From Anolis carolinensis (lineage: Eukaryota), in assembly GCF_035594765.1 (NCBI RefSeq), contig NC_085844.1:184032107-184096106 (forward strand): a stretch of DNA of 64,000 bases, written 5' to 3'. Below the pieces are notes generated by a model. The model searched no databases, had not been told where the DNA came from, and worked only from the letters and a program-made list of their open reading frames with translations. The translations under genes were made by a program, and so were the position numbers. Shown here piece by piece: positions 14,900 to 29,054 of this stretch; within the stretch, counting starts at the first letter, position 1; each line of letters opens with the position of its first letter.

Positions 14900-15310
14900 T
14901 CAAATAGACCCTTAGGATTTCTATCAGAGAGAGATTTCTGTTGGCCCACTGGGGAATGGCGGACAGTGAGTTCCCATGGGTGGAGAGCCCACACCAGGTT
15001 TTAATTTAAACATTACAAGAAATATTCAAGGTGTTGGAACTGTTTTACAGATGGGTTTTAGCACCTTAGACAGCTTCTTACAAGCTGGAGTAGATTTGCA
15101 GCCCAACGACATAGAAGCCAGGAGCTACCACAGCCCGTTAGTAATACAGTAAGTTTTAACCTTCCTTACAGCTCAGAGGCCTAGTCTCCCTGATGTACTA
15201 AAATTTATAACTAGAGTAGTATGTTGCTAGGAACACTACTCCAACCATCCTTTTCCAAACCTGCTTCTACTCCATTTCCTCCCTATGCTTCTATTTGTAC
15301 ACCACTACTA

Positions 15311-15414
15311 GTTATCATGGGTGATCACCCATGGCCAAGTATGATTGCCTTCCAAAGGTAGAGTCTGGGTGGTAGATCCATAAGTGACTGTGAAGACCTA
15401 TTCTGGATCCACAA
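15311..15414 (-). mobile_element. 3'-terminal fragment of the same RTE LINE family
   Basis: Reverse complement aligns with ~8614-8715; flanked by ctactag repeats. Confidence 0.75.
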
Positions 15415-16159
15415 GGATCTCTGCTACTAGAAGCCAGAAAGAATGCTCCTTCTCTTGCCCAGCGTCATACTGATGCTTTTAATGTCTCCCCCTTCTTTTT
15501 CTTTTCCTCCTCTATCTTTTAGCAAGAACTCTAAACTGTGCACCAAGAAAAGTGGAGGAAAGCAGGAATTTGCTGAAACTGAGCACAGGAATGATTCAAA
15601 CTTCTTGCTCAAGGCAACTTCAGAATAGAAAGCTTTGTCACAAGGAGGCATCACTCCTTGTTGCAAGGTATTATTTGTCTGGGGAAAACCCATTCCTCTT
15701 AGCAAAGCATATAGGGAGCAGAAATGGGGGCTGAGGGAGAAAAAAAAATACACACACAGCATCTGTTACAACCTGTGACTCTTCCAAAATGACTGGACTA
15801 CAACTCCTTTATCACTTCCCCATTAGCTGGGTACTCAAGAGTTCTTAGACTCTAAGAATGTCTACAAGGACAAGGTGTTAAAGGTGTTAAAAGCACAGAG
15901 AAGTCTGTGTGATATTTTCACACTCAGGGAAAAAGGCCATTCCAATGGTATGACATCAAGTAGACTCTTATCTAATTACGACGATCACTATCACAACCTA
16001 CAACTAAGAAGAACACATCTATTCCTGCCACATAGTTCTGTTCAGCAGGCCTTTTAACCATCCATACCTGATTGGCACAGGTTATGTGATCAAGGGACAT
16101 TTTCTAGGATTTCTAATTGCAGAACATGGCACTTAATGCAGGGAATCTAGACTGTCTCA

Positions 16160-16519
<360 letters not shown>

Positions 16520-16801
16520 TCATCTAAAGCTTGGGAAAAGTTATTTCTTTGGATTACAATTTCCAGAATACCCCTATATTTCACAGTAATGGCTCTGCTA
16601 TCTGAAGGATTCTGAGAATTATGATCCAAGAATGTAGTTTTCTCTAGCTTTACTTCTTCCCACCTCCTCTTTCCAAGATTCACAGCTGAATGGTCGCCAT
16701 AACTATGATCCTAACCCATACGGAGCTATGTAGAGCCAGTGACCATGGTGACTGGAGGATTTGAGGAAACAGTCCTATAAAAGGCAAACTTCTAGTATTT
16801 A

Positions 16802-17320
16802 CCCTGTTTCTCCGAAAATAAGACATCCCCAGAAAATAAGACCTAGTTGAGGTTTTGCTGAATTGCTAGATATAAGGCCTCCCCTGAAAGTAAGACCTAC
16901 CCTGTTTCCCCCAAAATAAGACATCCCCAGAAAATAAGACCTAGTAGAGGTTTTGCTGAATTGCTAAATATAAGGCCTCCCCTGAAAGTAAGACCTAGCA
17001 AAGTTTTTGTTTGGAAGCATGCCCACCAAACAGAACACCAGAGCATACAGGATTGGTAAATGTATGTACCATAAAGTGTTGTACATGGAAATATTGGTAA
17101 TAACAAGAAATTCTTGATAGGATTCACAGTTTGTCTGGTTATGCTGGTTTGTGATGACAACTACTGTACAGTATATAATAAATGTTCATTTTTTTTTGTT
17201 TAACAATAAATGTTAATTCTTCTTCATGGAAAAATAAGACATCCCCTGAAAATAAGACCTAGCACATATCTGGGAGCAAAAATTAATATAAGACACTGTC
17301 TTATTTTCGGGGAAACACAG
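16802..17320 (+). mobile_element. Tc1/mariner-superfamily (Tc2-like) non-autonomous element 16900-17320 preceded by an extra copy of its left 96 bp
   Basis: TA-flanked TIRs ccctgtttcccc.aaaataagaca / tgtcttattttcggggaaacacag; internal aaataagacc repeats. Confidence 0.85.
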
Positions 17321-18049
17321 TAAGTTTACCTGTTCACAGATAACACATGATAATTCAACAGAAAGCTCTTTTCTAGGTGCAGCTCATCTATCTAAGTATG
17401 GTAACTCAGTTCTACTGTACAAATAGATTTATTAACTGGAGTAAATAAGCAACATATGTTTGAAGAACTACAATCTAGGGAGAATAAAAAGAAGAAAGAC
17501 TGGCACCCTCAGACTATGATTAACTTAAGACTGAGGGAATCAGTTTTTAAGATACCACTTGTGTTTATGAGACCAAATACCAGCCTTGCATTTTTTCATG
17601 GAAAGGGTCCAATACTTCATCCAACAGGACTTTCTCTATATATCATCGGTAGTCTGCTAGTTCGAATGTATATCCTGTACTAATCCCACAGTGCATAGCA
17701 AATCCCAGTGAAATGTGAAGGGCAAACCATTCTGATCACAAGCTACCAAGAGACTAGAGGCTGCACACTCCAGCTCCAAGGAAGACCATCATGGCAAGAA
17801 TGAATTTAGCCTGACTCCATCTATGGGCCTGAGAATGAACCACGACATTTCCATTTAGCCTTTCTTTTGCATCATGCTTACTAGTTCATGTTGACTCAAT
17901 CTTATCTCTAGAAATCTATACAACACTACAAAAATTGGGCATTTTGTTAATGGTGGCAATTACAGAAACCCATGGATGGCTTCAGAATGTATCTAAAAAG
18001 AAAGAACACACACTCTGCTTTTGATTCAGAACTGGGAATCTAGAGTTTA

Positions 18050-18223
<174 letters not shown>

Positions 18224-18690
18224 TCACAATCACTATAAACATTGTATTATATCCCACCTTTCTGCATTAGGGTGTATCTTCTTTGACTTCAATTCCCAAG
18301 ATTCAATGTTGTACAAAACAAGCAGAAGACAACTATACTTCATTACAGATTTCAAGTACTGAAGCCTCTCTCTATTTGGCACATCTCTACTTTATTCCTC
18401 CATCACAACAAGGTTTACTTACCATTAAACAAGCTGTGGTGACCTCTTTCAGTCTTAGATTGCAGCATACTGTAAGCCCCACCCTAGTTTTACTTCACCA
18501 GAAAGAAACCCCCAAACCTCAAAACAAAAAGTCCTACAACACCTAATGGTAAATTTAATCCAACTGCAGAAAGGCTATTTCCACATATACAGATGGGCAA
18601 AGTTAAAACAGGAGGCCTATATTTTTGATTCTTCAGAAAAGATCTGTAGCTACCACAGGCACAGGTATGCTCCAAACAGAATGGGAACTA

Positions 18691-18951
<261 letters not shown>

Positions 18952-19164
18952 TCAGTTAGCACCTGGAGCTTTGGGTTCAGCTGTTATTTCTGAATGTTCT
19001 GCTTTGCACAGCCCTGCTGCATTCCTTAAGATACCTTTCCACTGTCAATGTCTGTGTGTGTTTTACACAAGGGATCACTCATGAATACAACCTCCCATTT
19101 ACAGTCTGAAGAAGCAAAGGTTCAAGTGAGCTGCATCAGTGTAGTCAGATCATGTAGTTGACCT

Positions 19165-19166
<2 letters not shown>

Positions 19167-19196
<30 letters not shown>
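19167..19196. repeat. (GT)n microsatellite
   Basis: Direct reading. Confidence 0.95.
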
Positions 19197-19200
<4 letters not shown>

Positions 19201-19512
19201 CTCAGCCCTTTATTGTTCCTGCTTAAACCATGCAGAATCTACTCGTATCTTTTATATTTTTGGATCCAATCCAGCTAAATTCCATATAAATTAGCAAGTG
19301 GAACTCATCTGAGGCTTGAAAAGGTTACTCTCAAAATTGTTTGGCTTGTGAGTCTGGGTTCAAACAGTTCAAAACTGCTATTTTCTGATGGCAGACTGAA
19401 ATGTGTGAAAAGTCCCCTTGACTTTTCCACCTTAGACAAGATAATACACGTATAGGCAAGGTCTGCAGTTTTATCACTCTCATAGGAAAAGTCTGCATTT
19501 GTATCACCCTCA

Positions 19513-19765
19513 ACACACTCAGTCTTGTCTGATTTCAGAAATTAAATATAGTGGCTTGGTTAGTACTGGGACTGGACAGCCCCAGGGAAGATAAGCAGTC
19601 TCCAGACGGGGCTAAAAAGGAATCTGGTCTGAAATTGCTTTTGATGTTTTACTGGTATAATTGTTTTATAGTCGTGTTACTGATATTGATTGTTTTATCG
19701 GGCTAGGCCCCATGTAAGCCGCCCCGAGTCCCTTCGGGGAGATGGGGCGAGGTATAAAAATAAAG

Positions 19766-19811
<46 letters not shown>

Positions 19812-19880
19812 ATGCTAAAAAGCCACAGCTGAGCATACTGGGCTAGATGGATCAGTGCTCTGTACCTAAAGGACCCCTTC
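19513..19880 (+). mobile_element. Old 5S-rRNA-headed SINE remnant interrupted by an L2 3' end
   Basis: gtctgatttcagaa...tggttagtactggga resembles 5S rRNA; ctgggctagatggatcagt tail resumes after 19810. Confidence 0.5.
19636..19810 (+). mobile_element. L2-clade LINE 3' end with (TTA)n tail
   Basis: gtaagccgccccgagtcccttcggggagatggggcg stem-loop; AATAAA; (TTA)n. Confidence 0.75.
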
Positions 19881-21175
19881 TGAGAGAGAACTGAGTAAAG
19901 GTAGAAAGGTAAAGGACAAAGGTGTTAGCTTTGCCTTCTCCTTACACATGCCCATTTTCCACAGAAAAGAAAATGTCTGCCTTTGTTTTGTACATTTGCT
20001 GCAGGAATTTGGTTGAGATGGCCCACAGGACTCAGCTCCATCTGGGCACTCAAATAAAAGACCACACTTAACACTCTGCTCTATTATTTAAATCACCTTG
20101 CCAAGGCAACAGTGGTATCTAGAAGGTTTTATAGACTCACGTTTGGCTTCCTCAATGCCTTCGTGGAAGTGCTTTTGCATCAAGTTTGTGTTTTGGGCCA
20201 TTCCGCAAAATTTTATTACTAGAAAACAGCTTGCCTCTCTGTAACACAATTGTGTGGTATAGAAATTCAGCTGTTCCTGCTGGTTGTTCTCTACCTGAAG
20301 CCATATTCACTGCAGATGACTCTGAGGGAGAAGTCATCAGGAGGAACAGATGACACAGATGACACAGACTGAATAGAAAGCAGCTCCTTTGCAAATGTCC
20401 CTGGCATGGGAAAAGTAGGAGTCAGAGAGCCATACCAGCATGACTGTCTCCAAAGGAAATATTTTCCACAAGGTATCCAAAGGCCTTTAAAAGGCAGCAA
20501 TGCTGCTTGTCCTCCTCCAAATCCCCAAGTGATTTGCCAAGTTCTATTAAAGGCTGCAGATGAGTTCCTGAGGAGAAGGCTTGAGGCACAAACATTTCAA
20601 AAAAGGATCTTTAGAGTTTGTTCACCTCAAGAAGAAACATTTCTTTCTCTCGCTCTCTCAATACATCATGCAAATGTTGCTGGCAAATCAAAAGCAATTC
20701 CATGCTGCTGTCAGTTTCCTCCAGGAGGAGCTCCAAGAAAATAGAGCAGGAAGAGAAGACAGCAACATTTCAGAATGACAATGTGCAGCATTAATTCTTT
20801 TGGCAAGTCTAGGAGCTGCTGTAAACAACTGTAGGTTAAGACTCAGGATGCAGCGATGGCCCAGTTTTTCACAAGCCCCAAACAGTACTGCCGTACATGC
20901 TAACCAGGATTCCATGTGTTTTGCCTAGGATGTTGGGTTGTAGTATATGAACTGTGTGTAGTCACATCTCCTATGAGATCTCACACTCCTTTACTGGGCC
21001 CCCTTTAAAGCACTGCCAGGTCAAGAGTTGCATTTGCAATTGAGTCAACTCTGGGAGCATACTACTGAACCCCTGCACTTTCACCTCCTAAACAACACAG
21101 CAATGAGCAGGTACAGAATATTAAACCTGGATATCTAACTACTAGTTCCTTGTCAAAGCAGACATGTAGAGAATA

Positions 21176-21410
21176 TAGGTAGTCCCCAAGTTATAAACAT
21201 ATGACTTACATATGACTCTTAGTAACCAACAGGGGTGAGACAATAGGAAGCGAGAGAAATCTATCCCTTGGAAGAGAAATTCACTCCTGGAAAAGTTATC
21301 ATGGGGAAAAGGGGTCTCCACTGACGCTTTATCACCAATCCTAGTTTCCATAACAAACCAATTTTTTTCAAAATCCAATTGTCATAGAGACAGAAAGCAA
21401 GGTGAAATCT
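21176..21410 (+). mobile_element. Truncated Tigger/pogo-like MITE (left part)
   Basis: Homologous to 34326-34555 (gaaattcactcctg, ttatcatggggaaaagg). Confidence 0.7.
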
Positions 21411-21560
21411 TATGACTAAGCTCTTTTAATGTGAAAAGATTTGACTATCTTCGATGGGACTATTTAGCTCAGGACTGAGAAACCTATGGCTCTACAGATG
21501 ATATCAACCTCACCAGTCAGAATCCCTGACCACCATGGCCAAGGGTAGATATTTGATCAT

Positions 21561-21770
21561 ATGTCCCTTCATGTCATTTTTGACTTATGGCGGCCCTAAG
21601 ATCAACCTATCAGATGGTTTTTGTGGTAAGATTTGTTCATAAAGGGTTTGCCATTGCCTTTCTGAGAGTTTGACTTGCCCAAGGTCACCCTGTGGGTTTC
21701 TGTGGCAGATTGGAGATTGAAACCATCTGTTGTGTCCTAGTCCAATAACCAAACTATGACACCATGCTGA
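21561..21770 (-). mobile_element. Old MIR/CORE-like SINE
   Basis: gacttgcccaaggtcacc core; homologous to 61349-61547. Confidence 0.6.
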
Positions 21771-22396
21771 CTAACTAAGGGTGGGTAACCTAAAATTTGC
21801 TAAGTGCTAAAGTTTCTCCACCTCTGGTTGAGTTTGGGGAGCCCTATTGACAATATATAAGAGGCACATGCTATTCTTTCTGCCACTGTTGCACCCTCTC
21901 TGCTTGGACCACAAAAGTTGAGTTCTGTATATTTACTATTAAATTTCAGGTAATTTGAGATCCTGTCTGTTACTGGAGCATGTGGTCTCTTTTCCAATAC
22001 ATTATTGCTTTAATTTATAACATAACACAAGGTTCATTAGGGAAATGTTAATATAGGGATCATTTCAAAACAATACACCCCAAAAAGAAAGGACCAGGAA
22101 GAAGTCTTTGAAGCAACATACTGTCTGCTCAGGAAATGACTAGATGCCTTGAATTCTTGATTCTGAAAGGTGAGCAAAAGGTGGAAACATTTGTCCCTAA
22201 ATAGTTACCACAAAGGAAATTGTTATTCTTATTCTATCATAGAAGGATCCCAAATTTATTTTTGAAGCTGTTTCTTAAACAATGCAGTATTTTTACTTCA
22301 GCGTGGTCCAGCTCCTAATATAATGTCCACTGAACAAGGCCCTAATGGCCACCAGTAAGATGCAAATGCAATTATTCTTTGCTTCTGCAAGGTCTA

Positions 22397-22669
<273 letters not shown>

Positions 22670-24117
22670 TCACACTGACCAAGTTATATCTCTGTGCTTT
22701 TAATTATTAATCTGGCCATTAAGGTGTTCACGCAAAGCAGAGCTGAACTTAGCACACCGAAATACCGAACCAGCCAATGATTGAAGGATGAGAGAGAAGG
22801 GACTGAAGTCAGGACACCATGTTATATTTTTGAAGCAAATGACATTATCCTGTAAGCATCAAAAGTACTTCTTTGCACATACAGAGCAAAGCTTGGAAAG
22901 GTTACTTTTTTTTGGGTCACAGCTCCCCAAATCTCCAGGCAAAACAGCTGAAGCATAATGTGAGTTGTATGCCAGAAAAGTAACTTTCCAAGCTTTTGAC
23001 CTAAGCATCTCAAATTCATAAGTATCTCTTCTAAAAGCTCTCTACCCCTGACAAACCAGTCATCATCATACCAAACGTTCAGGCCAGATTTTCTGCCTCT
23101 TTGCAAGAACATGTTCTAAACCATTTACTCTATGGCTGCTGGTGAGCTAAGCCTTGAGAATACTACACTAGAGAATCAGCAATCCTACCCAAGAGTTAAT
23201 TATATAATTTTGGTCAAATCTGTATTTGCTTAGCATCCAACTGAGGGATGGAAAGGGAGGTAAAAGAGAAGAGGGGTGTTAAGATTTGGAGTTTTAATAC
23301 AAAGTATGGGAGCACAGCAGCTTGAGGGCAGGGGGCTTTGAATATTTAATTATGTCTCCACACATCAGTTTCCTCTCACCTCAATGGTTACATCAAAACT
23401 TCAAAAACCCACTAGAGTAGTGCTTCCCAACCTATATGATGTGGTGGACCAATTTTTTTTTACAATGTGCTAGGCACTGATATTGTATTTGTGTCCACTG
23501 GATAAAACTGCTTTTTTCTTTCCTGAAAACCCATCAGGGACTAGAAGCTGATGGTTCATAGAGTGCAATTGGTCCAGGAACCAACACTTTGAGTAGCATT
23601 ACCCTGAAGAATACTGTATCAACTGAGATTCAAGGGATATTGAGTGGTGCTTGCATAGAACATGCTTCTCTAAACTGATACCCTCCAGATCTGTTTGATT
23701 ATGTGGCATCATTCTTAGCCACCAGACTCAAGAAACTATACTTCTACAAATTAAAGTACTAATTGTACAAATTAGGCTGGTCACTACTCAAGGAATAACT
23801 GATAAAAATGGTAACAGAATGCAGAGAAAGGTAACTTGGCAAACATAGCAAACAATACACAGAGAAGAACCACAAGAGGGAGGGGAAGAGATTGGAAGAA
23901 GGATGTGCAACCAGATAGCCAGAAATGAGTGGGAGAGGAGAAAAAAAACCCCACCCAGAATTAAAAGATCCATTAAGAATGCATGCCAGAGAAGTGATAA
24001 TACTCATTTATTAGACCATGTGCACATCACAAAACAAGGTAAGATGATCCAAATGCTAGAACGGTCTACCTCCCTGTTGTAAGCATCATCCAAGTAACTC
24101 TAGAGGGGAGTCTATTA

Positions 24118-24495
<378 letters not shown>

Positions 24496-24704
24496 TCATT
24501 ACAATACGGCAGGAGCCTGCAGCAAGGTTCCCCATCTCTTTCATTGCTGAAGAACACTTCAGAGACTTCTGTGTCATTTTTGAGCCCTGGAGAGCACTTC
24601 TAAAATGAAACAGCTAAGTGTGTGTGTGTGGGGGGGGGGGGGATCTCCCATAATGAGGCTACATTGTATTCTGGTGAGATGGAAATGAGGAGGCAACAGT
24701 AGTA

Positions 24705-25027
24705 TAGTAGAGTCTCACTTATCCAACATAAACAGGCCGGCAGAACGTTGGATAAGTGAATATGTTGGATAATAAGGAGGGATTAAGGAAAAGCCTATTA
24801 AACATCAAATTAGGTTACGATTTTACAAATTAAGCACCAAAACATCATGTTATACAACAAATTTGACAGAAAAAGTAGTCCAATACGCAGTAATGCTATG
24901 TAGTAATTACTGTATTTATGAACTTAGCACCAAAATATCACAATGTTTTGAAAATATTGACTACAAAAATGCGTTGGATAATCCAGAACGTTGTATAAGT
25001 GAGTGTTGGATAAGTGAGACTCTACTG
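24705..25027. mobile_element. Tc1/mariner-pogo MITE, 323 bp
   Basis: TIRs (c)agtagagtctcacttatccaac / gttggataagtgagactctactg; TA on both sides; near-identical copy at 39774. Confidence 0.9.
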
Positions 25028-25839
25028 TATATACATCTGAGATTATTTCTGTCTATCAGAACAAATCTTCTGCTTGAATATGGATCAGAAAACCCAAGAG
25101 TTAGAGGTTCTGGGCAACAATCTGATTTCTATTCTGGACATATTTGCTTCACTTTATTAGAGCAGCATTTCTTCTTCTTCAAACCAATTGCAGTCAATAT
25201 GACATTCCATAATAATTTTGCAGAAGGATTCCAGAAAAAATGTTTTTTTAAAAAAACAAAAATAACATCAAACAGGGTACCCTGCTGACTCTAATCTTAC
25301 CACAAAGTCTAAAACAGCAGAGATCAGAATAGATAATTTTTTTTAAAAAAACAAAAAAAACAGGAAATAAGACTATGTATTCATACTATGGAATAGATCT
25401 GTTCAGATATGTATTTCTGTTAAGAAAAAACAACACAACATTCAGAAGGAAAACTACTGCATACTTTTTGCAGCAGACAGAAAACAGAGACACCAAATAT
25501 GTTCCACTAAGAGCCTCCTTCTGATAATCAAGATAATCTACAAACAGCAACATGTGTTTATTCTCACTGGAATTATGTTTATTCACAAACCCACTTTTGC
25601 TTGAAATGAAGTAGTAGGCTCTCCACTTTTGTAGGGTTTAGGAGTAGGGTCCTCCATTAAAGTGTAAAAACTGTGAATAAAAAACACTTTTTAAAAAATC
25701 TGAGAGAACATCTCTCTTAAAGAAGCTATAGCTTTTTCAGGGTAACTCTGTGGTTAACTTTCATTGGAGGCTGACCACAGAATTGCACCAGAGGACCTAA
25801 GGATTCATAAAGAAGTGTTCTCTCTTGGAATCTCTAGAT

Positions 25840-25958
25840 CAGGCATGGGCAAACTTATCCCCCCCCCCCAGGTGTTTCCTAACAGCTGGTAAGATGGCTG
25901 GTATTTCTGGGAGTTTAAGTCCAAAAAAACCTGGAGGGCCTAAGTTTGCCCATGCCTG
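25840..25958. mobile_element. hAT MITE nested in an older Tigger-like MITE (~25611-26092)
   Basis: Perfect 17-bp TIR caggcatgggcaaactt / aagtttgcccatgcctg; degenerate TSD ctctagat/atttagat. Confidence 0.8.
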
Positions 25959-28351
25959 ATTTAGATACTCCAGCATGACTCTATGGTCAACTTCCAGCAC
26001 CCTGGAAATGATTTCTAAGCAAAACATATTAATCAAATCTGCGAATAATCAAACCCCCAAAACTTCAACCTGTAAATGTGGAAGTCCAACTGCACTTTCA
26101 TTTTTACCATAACATTTGTCCAAGGCTTGATTTGTCCAAGGCTTGTCCAAGGCACTGTTGATACAACAGTGAAACCATAGCTCCATCTAATAGATGCCAC
26201 CCTGAGTCAGAGTTTGGAAAATGTACTGTCCAAAATTCCCCTAGCATGGGCAGTTATGAATCAGGTAATTGAAGACAAGCTTTCCTTAAACTGAAATAGA
26301 GCCAGTAGCTATCCTGACTCAAGAAATCTGGTCAATATCCAAAGAAAGTCATTTTTCAAAGCTCGGTTCTTAGCCATACAATTAAGCATGTGGTAGACTT
26401 TTAAGTCCAACACTACAATCACAGATTGGTATGAACCAGATAAATTAAGACAAACTTTCCTAAGTCCGAAATACAACCCAAATGCAGCAATTAATCACAT
26501 TTCAAAACCCAGCACAATTAATCAGGTTTCACTACTACATCAAACCACTCCGTATAATTGACAGGACAGAAGACCTTTGGTAAACACTGACAAGTCCCCA
26601 ATCAAGCTTTCCAATGAATTACAAAAGCCCCACAACCAATGAATGATCTTACTTTCAGAAATGCAACTAGAGGGAAATCAATGCTTAGGTATAAACAATT
26701 TGCTAATCATAAACAAATACTCACAAAGATGAAAGGCAGTCCCTTCACATTCTGTGCTAGGAAACAGATCCAAATGTCGAATCCGCCCCACAATCAATAG
26801 AAACAATGCAATTAGTGGCCAAAATGGTGCAATCCATCTGATTCAGGACACTTAGATCTGTATTTCATCTATACCTAAAATTGCATATTGACACATCTGC
26901 ATGTCATCTAAAGTTATAGAGCTAATATTGAGTATTACTGTAAGTACTCTTTGACACTATGTATTAGACAAATGAGAATGGATAAATAGGCACAGATTCA
27001 ATGTAAATATCAAAGGCATTGCTGATGGTATGAGCTTTAATATCCCTTGACATGCAGATCTACCTATTCCAAAGAACATACATTCAGGCTAATAAATAGA
27101 ATGAGAGTTAGGAGGGCATGAAAACCCTTATTAAAATTTCAATCCATTAATTTTGCTTTAAACAGAAATTACGCCTTTTATGCATGTTGCAAAGACACAT
27201 ACACATATCCTGCCATCATGCACTTAGTACCACTTGCATATTGAAGACATCTCTGAGTGAAAATAGGATGCTCCCTCTGTTTTTGCCTGGAACTGACTCG
27301 GTCAACTTGCTTCTGCCCATTACCCCATCTAGTGAAATAGGTTTCTGAAAGCTCATGCAAAAAATCAAAATTATGCCATGAGAGCTAATGTAAACAGTAC
27401 TAATATTCTATTATTCCTCTTTTGTGTGTTCTCCTTTCAATATAATTTTCTATAGGGTGAGCTGTCATTCTGTTTTTTGTGCTTACTTGGGAAATATAAG
27501 TATTATTTTGGCCTCAAAAAAGCTTGATCTATGACATGTGCTCCAAGCATGTGAACAAATAGGACTAATAATTGAGCACACTCATACAATATATTCAACC
27601 AAAAGATTTTAAAAACTATAGAACAGGACCACTATACAGGTATACTTGAGTGAATGAGGTAGATGTGTTCCTGGGCATTACATCTTTTAAAGAAATGTGG
27701 TACCACAGGCAGAAACAACATGGAAATATAGGGACAGGTTCTACTTCCACAAAAAAGAAGAGCACTTGAGCATGTTTCATAATTAGCAAATATGCACATG
27801 TGAAATGCAACAACCAGGTCACATTCTTGTTTCTGGTATTGCACCAATTTGCAATAACTTTTAGTCTCTAGAAATATTTTTACCCATTCTTATGCACATT
27901 TTGTGAACTTTTTGAAGTGTTAATGTTTTTAAAGAGAGTTTTCCATTGAATAAACTGTTTTGGTAAATATTTTTTAAAGATTCGGGGTTTTTTTGTTAGC
28001 AGTGTTTTAAATGTTCACAGTCCTGTATGTTTTTGTGTTATTGCATTTTATGTATATTTTTAAAAGTACACAACAAATTCCATTAAAAAAAGAATGTAAA
28101 CAACTGTGTTCATGTTCAGGAACCATACTCAGATGTGGGGAGTGCACACTTACCAAATTTTCACTGAAATGCAAAGTGAACAATGCTTTGCTGGAATGTG
28201 AGCTGATCTATTTTCTATCCCATCCCTGTTTGCAACTGGTTTTGGCTGGGACTTCACCAGCTGAAGTCAAGGAACCAACTGTGCCACTCACTGCCTGTGA
28301 CTACAGCAGGCCAGTATAATGTCATCTGCCAAATCAAATTAAGCCTGGCAG

Positions 28352-29054
28352 TAGACTTGTGTAATCCAGGTAAACTGTGATCCATTTCGGTGTCCCAGAT
28401 TTCATCAGGGGAGGGGGGGGTCTATCCATTTTTCAGGAGCCTCCCAAATTCGGATGGACAGAAATCCTTTTGCAATCAGGGAAGCTGAAAGTCGTTTTCG
28501 ATCTGGCCCATTATGGGGGGGACTTCCCAGGGTCCCCTTCCCGTCATTTTAGGCATTGTTTGTCCTTATATCCTTCATTAATACCTGGATTAAAAGCATC
28601 AAAATAAAGATACCACTCTTTCAGCTATTCTTTGTAGAGGAGACCGGGTTTAATGCTTAATAAAGCTTTTTTTACTCCAGAGGAGACAGGCACGTGTGGT
28701 GCTCTCTTTCTCCATCCAAGACATTTTAAGGAGACTTGAATCCCCACTTCCCAGGGCAGGGAAGGAAGAGTGATTGACGTGGAGCTATCCTACCCTGGGC
28801 TTCCTTTAAAAAGCCCCCTATTTTGTCTTAATTTGCAGGCCCTGGAGTGGTACCTTGCCTTTTCCCCCCTCGCGCTTTTCCTTCTAGCGGCTGCGTCCCT
28901 CCCGCACTCTACTTATAACCAAAGGCAGGTTTTTGACAGCCACTGTTCTGTTGTGGCCGAAAAAAACATGAACACCATTACAGCCAACCGAACAAGTGGG
29001 ACCAGCCGGATTAGTTGAAGGGAACTGGCCACTCTGAATCCGTGCACAAGCCTA
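28352..29054. mobile_element. 703-bp non-autonomous hAT element with TAG-type TIRs
   Basis: TIR tagacttgtgta / tgcacaagccta; perfect 8-bp TSD CCTGGCAG (28344-28351, 29055-29062). Confidence 0.85.

Noticed and set aside
28360-28982. Solo LTR suggested by TGTAAT...ATTACA ends and internal AATAAA
   Set aside because: No 4-6 bp TSD at those ends; the wider 28352-29054 interval has TIRs and a perfect 8-bp TSD, which fits a hAT
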